Source: a phage. From it: a DNA stretch of 64,000 nucleotides. Of the stretch, positions 43,281 through 53,238 are shown one piece after another. The notes below the pieces were generated by a model. That model searched no databases and was not told where the DNA came from. It saw only the letters and a program-made list of their open reading frames with translations. Each line of letters begins with the position of its first letter. Within the stretch, counting starts at the first letter, position 1. The stretch lies in sequence record PZ386951.1, one strand, 5' to 3'. Made by a program: the position numbers and the translations under genes.

Positions 43281-43453
43281 CCTTTAAGTAAATCGTAAAA
43301 ACCACCATTCACATGCTTAGGAGCAGAAACTAACCGAATAGCAATCCGATGACAATCAGGACATACATCAGTATCCCTTTCAGAAATTTTCTTGATTTTT
43401 TCGTATTCTTTTGCACAGTCTTTGGATTGACATTTATAATCATAAAGAGGCAT
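43277..43453 (-). CDS. small zinc-ribbon protein (58 aa), below cutoff
   Basis: translation MPLYDYKCQSKDCAKEYEK...CPDCHR has CxxxxC-x17-CxxC; TGA overlaps next start. Confidence 0.5.
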   Translation of the reverse strand: MPLYDYKCQSKDCAKEYEKIKKISERDTDVCPDCHRIAIRLVSAPKHVNGGFYDLLKG

Positions 43454-43455
43454 AA

Positions 43456-43875
43456 TTATTCCTTAAAGTGAGCTTTCAACATTTGATACAAGGACCATGC
43501 TTGTTCATTATTTTCAATAGTAACTTTCATTACCGGGAATTCTGTGAAATCTTCTATTTGTTCTTGCTCTTCCTGCTCTTGTTCTTCAGCAGCCTGATAT
43601 GGATTTTCAACTTCATCAAAGAACCCAGCTTCGTTAGTAGAGAGCCAGATAAAGTTTTCGTCAAGGATATCACCACCGGCACAACGTTTGAGCACACCTA
43701 TGGATGTCATAATTTTAGTAGGACGCCCAAGATAATCAGCATCTAAAATTTTAAAAGGCTCCATACCTAAACGTCGTGCATAGATTCCGTTATCAGTATG
43801 GTCTTTAATAAAATTTTCTTGAGCTTGTTTATTTTTAAATTGATACCATTTATTAACTTCAAATTTAATAGCCAT
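43456..43875 (-). CDS. hypothetical acidic protein (139 aa)
   Basis: ORF; [10 protein letters not shown] acidic tract. Confidence 0.5.
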   Translation of the reverse strand: MAIKFEVNKWYQFKNKQAQENFIKDHTDNGIYARRLGMEPFKILDADYLGRPTKIMTSIGVLKRCAGGDILDENFIWLSTNEAGFFDEVENPYQAAEEQEQEEQEQIEDFTEFPVMKVTIENNEQAWSLYQMLKAHFKE

Positions 43876-44093
43876 TAATAAATTTCCTTCCAGTAAGTTG
43901 TGCCATCTTCAGTAATTTCACGAAATACACCGTAAATTGGTTGTTTATCACCGACTTTCTCATACACATAAACCGAAGTCAAGTGAGTAAACTTGCTAGT
44001 ATGTTCCTTTTGAACTACTACCAAATCTGGATCGAATAATACATCTTCAAATTCATCATTAGTGCAATTCTGAACAATTTTACGTTTCATCAT
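43875..44093 (-). CDS. hypothetical protein (72 aa)
   Basis: ORF. Confidence 0.5.
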   Translation of the reverse strand: MMKRKIVQNCTNDEFEDVLFDPDLVVVQKEHTSKFTHLTSVYVYEKVGDKQPIYGVFREITEDGTTYWKEIY

Positions 44094-44189
44094 AATTTCC
44101 TCATTAATTGAACATTGGAGAGATGCGTTTCAGAAGAGTATCAGCACCTTTAACGAATTATCCATTTTATTCTTCAAGTTGTTTTCTGT

Positions 44190-44245
44190 ATCAGTAGTTG
44201 ATATTGATATAGTACCATAATCAACTACTGATGTATATAGTTTTA
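44190..44245 (-). promoter_or_regulatory. early promoter with flanking 13-bp inverted repeat
   Basis: TGG-TACTATAT -10; ATCAGTAGTTGAT / ATCAACTACTGAT arms at 44190-44202 and 44220-44232. Confidence 0.45.
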
Positions 44246-44263
44246 TGAAAAAAATTTTAAACT

Positions 44264-44755
44264 TTATGCATAGCGAGCTTTGCTGTAGTGTTTAATCCAA
44301 CTTTCAGGAATGACTTTGTATGTTCCTAAAAATACCACATTGTACAGCTTAACACCATCTTCTACCCATTGATCAGTAATGTATGCACACATAGCGCGAG
44401 TACGCTGAGGAAGTGGTTGTCCACCTTCGGTAAATTCAAACTCATAAGGAGCAACGAACTTGATAGCTTGACCGAGTTTCCACTTAAAGTCTACACCTAC
44501 GTGCGAAGTATCAATTGTTTCAATTCCTTTAGCAGGAACATCTTTCAAAAACGCAGATTCAAGAAATTTCGCACGAACATAGCCAAACTGAGGTTTAGAC
44601 TTTCCATCTTTAGGAATGATACGAACTTTTACTTCAGAATCTTCATCTTTAACACCATGCTTAAGCTGAATGCTTACAATTTCGACCAATTTTCCTGCTG
44701 CTTTAGAACGGGATTTATCAGATACACGAGCAATTTCACCAATATTAATAATCAT
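44264..44755 (-). CDS. hypothetical protein (163 aa), paralogue of 44829-45263
   Basis: shared C-terminal motif TDQW(V/I)EDGV.L.NVV..G.Y.V.P. Confidence 0.55.
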   Translation of the reverse strand: MIINIGEIARVSDKSRSKAAGKLVEIVSIQLKHGVKDEDSEVKVRIIPKDGKSKPQFGYVRAKFLESAFLKDVPAKGIETIDTSHVGVDFKWKLGQAIKFVAPYEFEFTEGGQPLPQRTRAMCAYITDQWVEDGVKLYNVVFLGTYKVIPESWIKHYSKARYA

Positions 44756-44828
44756 AGTTATCTCTCACTTGTTAAAAAGATTTTATACTCCACAGGACCA
44801 TTATACTCTGGTCCCAAGAGTTTGTAAA

Positions 44829-45263
44829 CTAGCTTACACGAACATTAATCACTGCGCTGCGAGGAACTACTGAGTACTCTCCAGCATGAACTACATTAAG
44901 AAGTTCAACGCCATCTTCGATCCACTGATCAGTTACCCAACCGCCAATCGGATTCGCGAATGGACGACGAATGTAAACTGCCTTACACAACAAATCAGTC
45001 GGGTCTTCAGGTTTTTCAATTTCTGTCAATAGATTAAAATCTTCTTCATAGATGATGAATGATGATACCCTTCCATAATAGTTTCTAATTTCCATGTACA
45101 CTGTACCAATGAGAATTCCGCTATTAACACTAATAACAGTAAAAGGATATCCGCCAGTTGTACCAAGAAGTTCCCAAAATTTGCTATCAGTCGTATTCGA
45201 CATTGTCTGGAAATCAATTTCAGATGGTTTTTTCATTTGATACGCAGTATTAATTTTAATCAT
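44829..45263 (-). CDS. hypothetical protein (144 aa), paralogue of 44264-44755
   Basis: shared C-terminal motif with neighbour. Confidence 0.55.
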   Translation of the reverse strand: MIKINTAYQMKKPSEIDFQTMSNTTDSKFWELLGTTGGYPFTVISVNSGILIGTVYMEIRNYYGRVSSFIIYEEDFNLLTEIEKPEDPTDLLCKAVYIRRPFANPIGGWVTDQWIEDGVELLNVVHAGEYSVVPRSAVINVRVS

Positions 45264-45273
45264 AATTTTCTCT

Positions 45274-45813
45274 TTAGTTTAAGGTAATAAAGCCTTTTAG
45301 TTCGGCATAGGATTTACGGAACATTACTTGATGCCCGCCAACGATAACTTGGTCATCTGGTACTTCGTATATAGCAAGATAAAATCCTTTCGAAGCTAAT
45401 TCTTCACGCTCTTCTCGTGTGAACCATCTCATCATATCATATTCGCTAGCGAAAGCAAAATGATAAAGAGCTATAAACCATCCTGGAATATGATATTCTA
45501 CTCCAACATAATCTTTCTTGAACTTAGTATTAATTACTATATTAGCGTTTTTAACTAATAGTTTATCTTCGTGTGGTAAAGGAATTCTTTTATTATTATC
45601 GCTATGATGCATAAAATTAGGTCTGTCATAACCTACGTGTAATAGCCACTCTTCGCTCCATGAATCTATTATACTCCTGTACGGCGTTATTTGAACACAA
45701 AGATTTCGACGTATTGTTATAGCATCTTCATAATCAAGAATACTAAACGATGATTCAACACGATAAATTTTCATTTTATTATCCTCAGTAGCTATGGTGT
45801 TATAATACCACAA
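45274..45813 (-). CDS. hypothetical protein (179 aa)
   Basis: ORF with early promoter at 45800-45832. Confidence 0.55.
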   Translation of the reverse strand: MWYYNTIATEDNKMKIYRVESSFSILDYEDAITIRRNLCVQITPYRSIIDSWSEEWLLHVGYDRPNFMHHSDNNKRIPLPHEDKLLVKNANIVINTKFKKDYVGVEYHIPGWFIALYHFAFASEYDMMRWFTREEREELASKGFYLAIYEVPDDQVIVGGHQVMFRKSYAELKGFITLN

Positions 45814-45832
45814 CTAACCGAGGAAGTAAACA
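45800..45832 (-). promoter_or_regulatory. early promoter
   Basis: GTTTAC -35, TGG-TATTATAAC -10. Confidence 0.55.
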
Positions 45833-45837
45833 ACTTT

Positions 45838-46521
45838 TTATCGTTTTGTTGGAAGAGATAGAGGATCGCAATCTTCCTCTGACGGAGCATCTTCAAGACC
45901 CATAGCGTATCGCAAAGCATACTTCATCATCAGGATGTCTTTCGCACAGTCATGAATAGAATCATGCGCAACGAATCCATCTAAAGTTCCTTTTGGAAGA
46001 GGACACGTGGTCATATCACGAACAAGCAGAAGTGCTTCAATTCTGGTACGAATATCACGCTGATTCCAGAATTTACATGGTTCTAACTTAAATGTGTCAA
46101 GTTCATTCTCAGAAACACCATTAAGACGTTGAATATCACGAATGAGATCGACTAAAATTGGAAAATCAAACGACATTCCACGGCACCAGCCTTGAGATTT
46201 CCAAGGATCGATATTATGCGCATTGATGTAATCATTAAATTTTGCAATACCGTCAATAGTGCTTACATCTTCATCTGATGGTGCAATATTTTTTCGAGCT
46301 TCAGGTGATTGATTTTTCCACCATTCGATAGTGCTTTTAGTAAAAAGACGATGTCCTTTTTGGCTTTTTAAATCAAATTTGATTTTAATGCCACGTGAAA
46401 CTAATTCATCAAATGTTTCAACTACTTCTGGATTAGGATCAAAGGCAATAACAGCCAAATCAATAACAGCTGCTTTTTCACCGCTTCCCATTGTTTCAAA
46501 ATCTATAATAAAATCAAACAT
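45838..46521 (-). CDS. dexA: exonuclease A (DnaQ-like 3'-5' exonuclease, 227 aa)
   Basis: 227 aa; N-terminal DFET exonuclease motif (FIIDFETMG). Confidence 0.85.
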   Translation of the reverse strand: MFDFIIDFETMGSGEKAAVIDLAVIAFDPNPEVVETFDELVSRGIKIKFDLKSQKGHRLFTKSTIEWWKNQSPEARKNIAPSDEDVSTIDGIAKFNDYINAHNIDPWKSQGWCRGMSFDFPILVDLIRDIQRLNGVSENELDTFKLEPCKFWNQRDIRTRIEALLLVRDMTTCPLPKGTLDGFVAHDSIHDCAKDILMMKYALRYAMGLEDAPSEEDCDPLSLPTKR

Positions 46522-46796
46522 TAAATTTTCCTTGCTAAATCGCGAATTTGACCTACAGTATAATCTTGGATATAAACTTTATTAATAGGCTCATCAATAA
46601 ATTTTGCCATAGATTCAATATCTTTTTGCATCTCTTCAAGACTGTATATTATCTTTAAAGCTTTTTCGCGAATAGTAATATTTTCAGGACCAGAATTTTT
46701 CTCAATGACAGCTTTAACATTTGTCATAAGAGATTTAAACTGACACCAACTTAATTCAATCATTAATAACCGCCTTATAAAGATGGCTAATTTCAC
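46521..46796 (-). CDS. hypothetical protein (91 aa)
   Basis: ORF between dda and dexA. Confidence 0.5.
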   Translation of the reverse strand: MKLAIFIRRLLMIELSWCQFKSLMTNVKAVIEKNSGPENITIREKALKIIYSLEEMQKDIESMAKFIDEPINKVYIQDYTVGQIRDLARKI

Positions 46797-47016
46797 CTAA
46801 AACATAATCGCTGATTGTAACAGTTTTTACTTCACCACAAAAGAATTCTAACGCAATCAAATCTCGTTCAATTTCTTCCAATTGAAGCATTAACTTGCCT
46901 GATTCAGTTTTCACATTTTTGCGATTTTTGCTATAAGCTATTTCATAAATTTCGCTTACTTTATCTTGAAGAAGATAAAACTGATCTTTAGTTATTTCCA
47001 CGAATAGCTTCCTCAA
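46756..47016 (-). CDS. hypothetical protein (86 aa)
   Basis: ORF between dda and dexA. Confidence 0.5.
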   Translation of the reverse strand: MRKLFVEITKDQFYLLQDKVSEIYEIAYSKNRKNVKTESGKLMLQLEEIERDLIALEFFCGEVKTVTISDYVLGEISHLYKAVIND

Positions 47017-47022
47017 ATTTAA

Positions 47023-48342
47023 TCATACATAAAATACATCATAACGACCACGGGTAACACCAACATAAAGAAGTTGTTGAGCTAATTCAGCATCTGCATA
47101 ATGAATACAAGGCGTATAAATGAAAGCACGGTCTACAGACATACCCTGAGCTTTATGGAATGTTGATGCAGGAAGTGCTTTCACTTTACTAAACTGTGAT
47201 TTAGCATCCCAAAAATCACTCCATGGAGCTTTTCCGCCTTTATTCCAGTTCTTATAAGTTTCTGCCGTTTTACCTAAAAATAGGTTAAACTTATACAGCT
47301 CTTCATCAGATGAAATTATTTTAATCTTTTCACGATAATATTCATCATCGCCGTAAGTTTCTACTGTTAAATCCCAATGACGAATTAAGTATTCTCCAGA
47401 AACACCACGAGCTTTAACAAAGGTTGATGTATACTCTGCTTCTATAATACGAACTAATTGTCCGTTATTAAAAATAATTTCTGACACAGGCTTTCCATCA
47501 ATTTTATATGTTTTAATTAATGGTTCCTGCATTACAATAATTTCACCGACAATAAAATCTTTATCAGTTTCAAAAATCTTTTTACGAATAATGCTATTTA
47601 ACTTGTCAACAGATTTATTCGTAAATGCCATTACACGATTTTCAAACAAATCATCTAGTGATTTGACGATTGAAAAATAATTTACCATAAAATCGCGTAA
47701 AGCGGTATCACCAGTAAATCCACGTACTCCATGACCGTCAACAACTTTATCATAAATCCACTTACCGTTGCGAACATCAGTAGCTACATCAATAATAGGA
47801 GCATTACTGCGTTTAACTTCAGTAAGTTCACATTGATAAAAATCTTTATGTGTAAAGAATGGACTGATATAAGCAGTATTTTCTCCTGGATCAACAGGTC
47901 TAATTTGCTTATTATCACCTATTCCAATTATTGTGCACCACGGTGGAATAGTTGAAAGCAAAATTTTGAAGAGCTTTCTATCATACATTGACCCTTCGTC
48001 GCAGATTAATACCCTGCATTTAGCTAAATCTGGTACTTCTTTTTGTTCAAAAAGAACGTTTTCTTCATATGTTACTGGGTTAATTTTAAGAATACTATGA
48101 ATAGTACTCGCTTCTTTCCCTGATAGTTTTGAAAGAATCTTTTTAGCTGCATGAGTAGGAGCTGCTAAAATAATACCAGTTTCACCCGTAGATATTAAAG
48201 CTTCAATGATGAACTTAGTAAGAGTAGTCTTACCGGTACCGGCAGGTCCATTAATAGTTACATGGTGTTTCTTTTCTTTAATAGCCTTCATAACGATGTT
48301 AAAGGCATTTTTCTGGCCTTCGGTCAAATCATCAAATGTCAT
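47023..48342 (-). CDS. dda: Dda SF1B DNA helicase (439 aa)
   Basis: Walker A GPAGTGKTT; 439 aa as T4 Dda. Confidence 0.95.
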   Translation of the reverse strand: MTFDDLTEGQKNAFNIVMKAIKEKKHHVTINGPAGTGKTTLTKFIIEALISTGETGIILAAPTHAAKKILSKLSGKEASTIHSILKINPVTYEENVLFEQKEVPDLAKCRVLICDEGSMYDRKLFKILLSTIPPWCTIIGIGDNKQIRPVDPGENTAYISPFFTHKDFYQCELTEVKRSNAPIIDVATDVRNGKWIYDKVVDGHGVRGFTGDTALRDFMVNYFSIVKSLDDLFENRVMAFTNKSVDKLNSIIRKKIFETDKDFIVGEIIVMQEPLIKTYKIDGKPVSEIIFNNGQLVRIIEAEYTSTFVKARGVSGEYLIRHWDLTVETYGDDEYYREKIKIISSDEELYKFNLFLGKTAETYKNWNKGGKAPWSDFWDAKSQFSKVKALPASTFHKAQGMSVDRAFIYTPCIHYADAELAQQLLYVGVTRGRYDVFYV

Positions 48343-48650
48343 CGTAAATTCCCTGCAATTGGTATACTAACAATACGCCCAGTATCTAAAATTCGCTGAT
48401 ATAATCTTTGTGTGTCTACGTCAGGCTTAACATGTTTAACTTCTATTTTATTAAACCAAAACTTGCGTGGAGTCTCAACTAATCTTGGAATTCCCTTACC
48501 TAAAGCTAGTTGATACTGCTCTTTAAGAGTGGTAAATACTTTATCAGCAATCTTCCATTCAAAAAATACAGCAGGACGATGTTCATCAAGCGGAACTGGC
48601 GCAGTAAATCCGTCTTTGTCTCGGTAAACTATCGCATATACATAAACCAT
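48339..48650 (-). CDS. hypothetical protein (103 aa)
   Basis: ORF coupled to dda. Confidence 0.5.
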   Translation of the reverse strand: MVYVYAIVYRDKDGFTAPVPLDEHRPAVFFEWKIADKVFTTLKEQYQLALGKGIPRLVETPRKFWFNKIEVKHVKPDVDTQRLYQRILDTGRIVSIPIAGNLR

Positions 48651-48651
48651 A

Positions 48652-49398
48652 TTATCCTCGGATAAGTTTAAAAATTGAACAATTTAGCGGGTATCCTCTT
48701 TTCAGTTTAAGTTTATCAATAAATGATAAGTTTTGAAACCGCTCTACACCTTGAATAATTTTATCACACATATCATATTGCATTTCTGCTTCTGACAACT
48801 TTTTCACAATTTTCCAATCCGAACCTTTAAGAAGAACGTTCAGTTTAACAACTTCAGCGCCTTCTGCTATACGAGAACCATCAATACGAGCTTTAAGTGC
48901 TACAATAGTTAATTTAATATCAGCGGTTTGTTTTGATTTAGAAAGCTGAGAAATGTGTTCAATTCGATTTTCACGCTTTTTCTGTATAGCTTTAATTTGA
49001 TTATAAGTCTTTTTGATTTTAGCCCATTTCTTTTCATCTAAATTTAGTTTATGAACTTTTTTCGCAGATGAACGACCAATTCGCAAAGCAAATAAATCAC
49101 GCTTTTCAATCAACTCTTCTAAAGTATAATCAGAACGAAATGTATTATACTTTTTCTTTACTGCAATAACATTCCCTTTAATGTATCCAACGTTATTATC
49201 AAAACGTTCTAATGATAATTTCTCTCCTTCAATACGATTATCAAAAGGTTCTCCCGAGTAAGCACAAACTTTTTGATCTAAAATGTTCTTAATGTAATTG
49301 AAGTCTAAGTTAAAATCTTTAGAACGTCTTTGTGCAGATGCCTGAGTGTGCTCTAAACGACGTTTAATTTTACGAATTTGATTATTAGACAGTTTCAT
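48652..49398 (-). CDS. srd: Srd-like protein (248 aa)
   Basis: size/position between modA and dda; basic, helical. Confidence 0.55.
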   Translation of the reverse strand: MKLSNNQIRKIKRRLEHTQASAQRRSKDFNLDFNYIKNILDQKVCAYSGEPFDNRIEGEKLSLERFDNNVGYIKGNVIAVKKKYNTFRSDYTLEELIEKRDLFALRIGRSSAKKVHKLNLDEKKWAKIKKTYNQIKAIQKKRENRIEHISQLSKSKQTADIKLTIVALKARIDGSRIAEGAEVVKLNVLLKGSDWKIVKKLSEAEMQYDMCDKIIQGVERFQNLSFIDKLKLKRGYPLNCSIFKLIRG

Positions 49399-49523
49399 AT
49401 TTTTCTCACATCTTACGGACGATTTAATACTTTATTACTATAACATTTTTACCTTAACTTGTAAACAACTTTATGTAAAAATGCTTTAAAACTTTCATGG
49501 TATAATGAATCTAAGTCCTTCCA

Positions 49524-50126
49524 TTATAGATTAAATCCTTCAAAATCAAGAGTATAGATAGTGTATGCTGAATACTTTTTGTACTCATATCTATCTGCAA
49601 TTCTAAATACACTTCCAGCTGGTATCATTACTTCTTGTTCATCTGAAACTAATTCCATATTACGATAACGATGGCTATCCGGAAACTTAAAGTTTGGATT
49701 GTATTCTTTACAGCGTAGAGCTTTTATAGCATACTCCTGGAAATTGAATACCATAGGAGCTTTGAATTCAAAAATAACTTGTGTGTTATACTCTAAACCG
49801 GAAGCAAAATGTAGAGCTATATTTTTATCATATGAAGCTGATACGACTTTATCAAATGTAATAATATCAATTCCTTGATTTAATACTTGCTTAGTCTCAG
49901 CTGGAACACCTCTCCAAAGAGGTTTATCGTTTGGGACCAAACGAGATTTGATTATTTCATTTAACCAAGTATGGTCATCTGGCTTATTAGTAATACAATG
50001 AATTAAAAGTTCAATTTCAGATAAATTAAACCCTTCAGAAAGTAATTCTTCACGAATAGAAGCACGCACCGATGCATCCATTGATTTTATTTTAAAATCT
50101 TTTAGTTGCATTACTGAGTATTTCAT
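49524..50126 (-). CDS. modA: ADP-ribosyltransferase ModA (200 aa)
   Basis: R-S-ExE signature (LWRG, SASY, EQEVMIP); 200 aa. Confidence 0.75.
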   Translation of the reverse strand: MKYSVMQLKDFKIKSMDASVRASIREELLSEGFNLSEIELLIHCITNKPDDHTWLNEIIKSRLVPNDKPLWRGVPAETKQVLNQGIDIITFDKVVSASYDKNIALHFASGLEYNTQVIFEFKAPMVFNFQEYAIKALRCKEYNPNFKFPDSHRYRNMELVSDEQEVMIPAGSVFRIADRYEYKKYSAYTIYTLDFEGFNL

Positions 50127-50746
50127 TCAACTACCTCAATATCATAAACTTTAAATGTTCCAAACGAATCGTGTAATTTTTCTTTTGAAATAGAAGTTAT
50201 TCTATACTTTCCAATTGGAATCATCCATTCTTGTTCACGCACAATCATCATTAAGTTATCAGTACGCTCTGAATCTAGCCCATCAGTATCTTCATACGTG
50301 TACTTGAACTCAGTATTAGGAGAAGAAAGTATAATATCGCTGATATGGTCAGAATAATTAAAAGCTTTATCAGTTTTTAAGCGAAATATTATTTCAGTGA
50401 AATACTCAACATAAGAAAAACCACATGCTGTGAGTAAACTAGTAGTAAATGAATCTACCCTGTTCGTTGAAAACACTTCTCCAACTTGTAAATCTTTAAT
50501 AAGTTCTTCTGTTGATTTTGATATACCACGATATAACTGATAAGGCGATTTAGTTAAATGCTTTTTAACGATTTTATTCAACTGCTGATGAAGAGCTTCA
50601 TTCTTTTTGGCTTCCATACATTGCCAAAGAATTGACTGTTCAAAGTCAGTAAATTTTTCACAGACCTTTTTATACATATCATATTGAAAATCAACACTTT
50701 CAGCTTTTATAGATAACTGTTCAACATCTGCAAGATTAATAATCAT
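50123..50746 (-). CDS. modB: ADP-ribosyltransferase ModB (207 aa)
   Basis: R-S-ExE signature (LYRG, FSTNRV, EQEWMIP); 207 aa. Confidence 0.75.
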   Translation of the reverse strand: MIINLADVEQLSIKAESVDFQYDMYKKVCEKFTDFEQSILWQCMEAKKNEALHQQLNKIVKKHLTKSPYQLYRGISKSTEELIKDLQVGEVFSTNRVDSFTTSLLTACGFSYVEYFTEIIFRLKTDKAFNYSDHISDIILSSPNTEFKYTYEDTDGLDSERTDNLMMIVREQEWMIPIGKYRITSISKEKLHDSFGTFKVYDIEVVE

Positions 50747-50769
50747 GATAGCCTCCGTATACTTCAGAA

Positions 50770-50803
50770 GCTATCATATCATCGTTAGAAAGGAAAGTAA
50801 ACA
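50770..50803 (-). promoter_or_regulatory. early promoter upstream of modB
   Basis: GTTTAC -35, TATGATAG -10. Confidence 0.5.
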
Positions 50804-50813
50804 ACTTTTTGAA

Positions 50814-50996
50814 TTATTTTGCCCAGGGAGCCCAGGGCGGAGGGTCAAGATGGTATGAAGCTAGTTCTTCTAGAAGAGCATCTGGGGCTTCAATTCCATA
50901 ATTCTGTAATACTATACGGTACTCTTTCTTATAATCACTAGAATCATTCTGGATATTCGTAGAATGATTATCTTCTAACATCTCAAATAAATCCAT
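50814..50996 (-). CDS. hypothetical protein (60 aa)
   Basis: ORF. Confidence 0.4.
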   Translation of the reverse strand: MDLFEMLEDNHSTNIQNDSSDYKKEYRIVLQNYGIEAPDALLEELASYHLDPPPWAPWAK

Positions 50997-51004
50997 ATTA
51001 ATTC

Positions 51005-51475
51005 CTAGCGATAAAAACCAAAGTGACGATTAGTTTCAATGATCTTTCTTTCTTCTTCGGACATTCTCCAGCGTAGTCCAACATCAAAATGAGCCCAGAC
51101 CATCTTAACAAATGCGTGTATGTCTTTAATATCTTCAATAATGAATGTTTTACTTTTCGAAGGTTGACTCGCTAATTTAACTTTATCATCTTCAAACAGG
51201 TCAAAAAGACCATATTCATGAGCTCTTTTATAGCCTTTAATAGCTAAAGCTTCAGAAGAAGAAAACGGTGAATCAGTATTCTGCAAAATATCTTCAGTAT
51301 GCTTTATAATTAGAATAATATTTTCTGGATATTTTCTTTCTTTTATATCTTTAATTAAAAAATCCGGATTTTCTGCTAAAGGAATAATCAATGAGCAATT
51401 TTTATCAAGCGTATTTACTGATTTACCTTCTTTGGACATAAATTCTATTGAATAGTGTTTTGCTACTTCAATCAT
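51005..51475 (-). CDS. hypothetical protein (156 aa), possibly Mrh-like
   Basis: size and position relative to modB only. Confidence 0.45.
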
Positions 51476-51632
51476 GTGATTTCCTTTTGCCTACTAATGG
51501 ACCATCAGGAATTTTGTTTTCCTGGATATATTTCTCATTTTCTTCCATCATTTTACTACCTATTTTAAGAAGCAAATCCATTGCTTCATTTGCTTTTGCT
51601 TTAGCCTCTTCCAATGTCATATCTTTGTTCAT
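51468..51632 (-). CDS. small ORF (54 aa), below cutoff
   Basis: ATGA overlap upstream, stop overlaps next start. Confidence 0.4.
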
Positions 51633-51832
51633 GATTTATCACCATAGATGTCTCTTATCAATTTAAGCGCTGAGCGTTCTAATTTCTTTTCTTTCTCAGC
51701 ACTAATCATTGATTTCATCCATTCTTCCGATTCGTTCTGCATTTCTTTATTTGCCTGTTCAACCCAACCATCATCAATATACATTGAGTTTGGTCTATTG
51801 AACCATTCAAACATTTTCTTCAGAACTTTCAT
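51629..51832 (-). CDS. hypothetical protein (67 aa)
   Basis: ORF. Confidence 0.45.
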
Positions 51833-52304
51833 TTGTTTTACCTAAAACAATAGTAGGATTATCATCAAATTCATGAATTTTGAGTAAATTTGGATTTAAA
51901 CTATTCCATACAGAAGAAATAAAGTATGATAAAGCATCTTCACTCACAATTATAAACTTATTTCCTTTATCTATTTTCCAACTATATACCGAATCATATG
52001 AATAGAAAGATAAAGGTTTATCATTATATTTTTCTGTGTTAACATTAATGTATTCGGATTTAGTAAATGCTTCAATTGCTCTAAACGGAATATTTGGCAC
52101 AGTTTCAATAATTCCGATCTTTTTAAGTTTTATTTCAGCATCTTCTGGAACTGGCATTGAAACGAAATTTTCTACGAGATACATTGGGTCACAATAACCC
52201 TTATCAATCATTACGGCTACAGTAATTGGAACATCTTTAGCAAACGACATGCTATTACTGCTAATATACATTTCAAACAAAATCGCTTCCATAATTTTCC
52301 TCAA
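51807..52304 (-). CDS. hypothetical protein (165 aa)
   Basis: ORF. Confidence 0.5.
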   Translation of the reverse strand: MRKIMEAILFEMYISSNSMSFAKDVPITVAVMIDKGYCDPMYLVENFVSMPVPEDAEIKLKKIGIIETVPNIPFRAIEAFTKSEYINVNTEKYNDKPLSFYSYDSVYSWKIDKGNKFIIVSEDALSYFISSVWNSLNPNLLKIHEFDDNPTIVLGKTNESSEENV

Positions 52305-52645
52305 TCACAAGATGTAGATGAACAACTAGAATCACAAGAACTTCCACATGAATCGCCCGTCCATACATGAACAGGAACATTAGTATCATATGAATCAGAA
52401 CTAGACTGTGTATTCTGTGTGTTAGATGATGTAGTAGGTACTGACCAGCGCCAAGGATTTTTATAATATTCTTGGGCTTCTTCATAAGTCATAGTAACTG
52501 CTTCTATTGTTCCATCTCCCATATAAACATACTCAACTACAGTTAAAGGAAGGTAGTCATTTGAAATAGGAACTACACCTTCCCCAGGAGTTGTAAAGAA
52601 AAAATCCGTAAAGAAACTTTTAAACCAATTAAAGATAAACATCAC
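52301..52645 (-). CDS. hypothetical protein with Cys/Ser-rich C-terminal tail (114 aa)
   Basis: tail [18 protein letters not shown]. Confidence 0.5.
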   Translation of the reverse strand: MMFIFNWFKSFFTDFFFTTPGEGVVPISNDYLPLTVVEYVYMGDGTIEAVTMTYEEAQEYYKNPWRWSVPTTSSNTQNTQSSSDSYDTNVPVHVWTGDSCGSSCDSSCSSTSCD

Positions 52646-52854
52646 AAAAATCCTCTTTGAAATTCGACTCTTTGAAATCCACCCCAGTCAGTATATCGCA
52701 TTTCAGCATTGAACTCGACTGAACCATCTGTATGCATCATGAATGAATGCGTGACGACATCACAATCCCAGCTTTTCATACCCCATTTATCAGCGATAGC
52801 TTTATCAAGAACCTTCTGGAGGTCTTCATTTGGTTTAATCCAACGATTTAACAT
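52642..52854 (-). CDS. hypothetical protein (70 aa)
   Basis: ORF with early promoter at 52880-52911. Confidence 0.5.
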   Translation of the reverse strand: MLNRWIKPNEDLQKVLDKAIADKWGMKSWDCDVVTHSFMMHTDGSVEFNAEMRYTDWGGFQRVEFQRGFL

Positions 52855-52879
52855 AGTGTTCTCCTCTATAAGATATTTT

Positions 52880-52911
52880 TATTATACCACACTCATTTTG
52901 ACATGTAAACC
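52880..52911 (-). promoter_or_regulatory. early promoter
   Basis: GTTTACA -35, TGG-TATAAT -10. Confidence 0.6.
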
Positions 52912-52914
52912 ATA

Positions 52915-52945
52915 AAATGAAAAAAGGAACCCCGAAGGATTCCTT
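52915..52945 (-). terminator. rho-independent terminator after soc
   Basis: hairpin with UUCG loop + U-run. Confidence 0.65.
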
Positions 52946-52950
52946 AAATT

Positions 52951-53208
52951 TTAACCACCAATACCTGGAGTTGGCGTAACAGTCCAAAGACCTTCATTTG
53001 CAGTAATCCAATCAGCACGCTGATTTTCTTCATATACTGTTGAATATGCTGCTTTTTCTGAAGGAAATGTCTGATAATGAGCCCCAGAAATTTTGTGAAC
53101 ATCAGAATAAAGAGGGAAAGCTACAGAAATTTCTTTACCCTGAATTTTACCACCGTTAACTGCTTGGTCAAATGTTTTAATATTAACATAACCGCGAGTA
53201 CTAGCCAT
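52951..53208 (-). CDS. soc: small outer capsid protein Soc (85 aa)
   Basis: sequence as I recall T4 Soc (MASTRGYVNIKTF...EISVAFPLYSDVHKISGAHYQTFPSEKAAYSTVYEENQR); late promoter upstream. Confidence 0.85.
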   Translation of the reverse strand: MASTRGYVNIKTFDQAVNGGKIQGKEISVAFPLYSDVHKISGAHYQTFPSEKAAYSTVYEENQRADWITANEGLWTVTPTPGIGG

Positions 53209-53238
53209 GTAATTCTCCTTTTATTTAAATTACATGAC

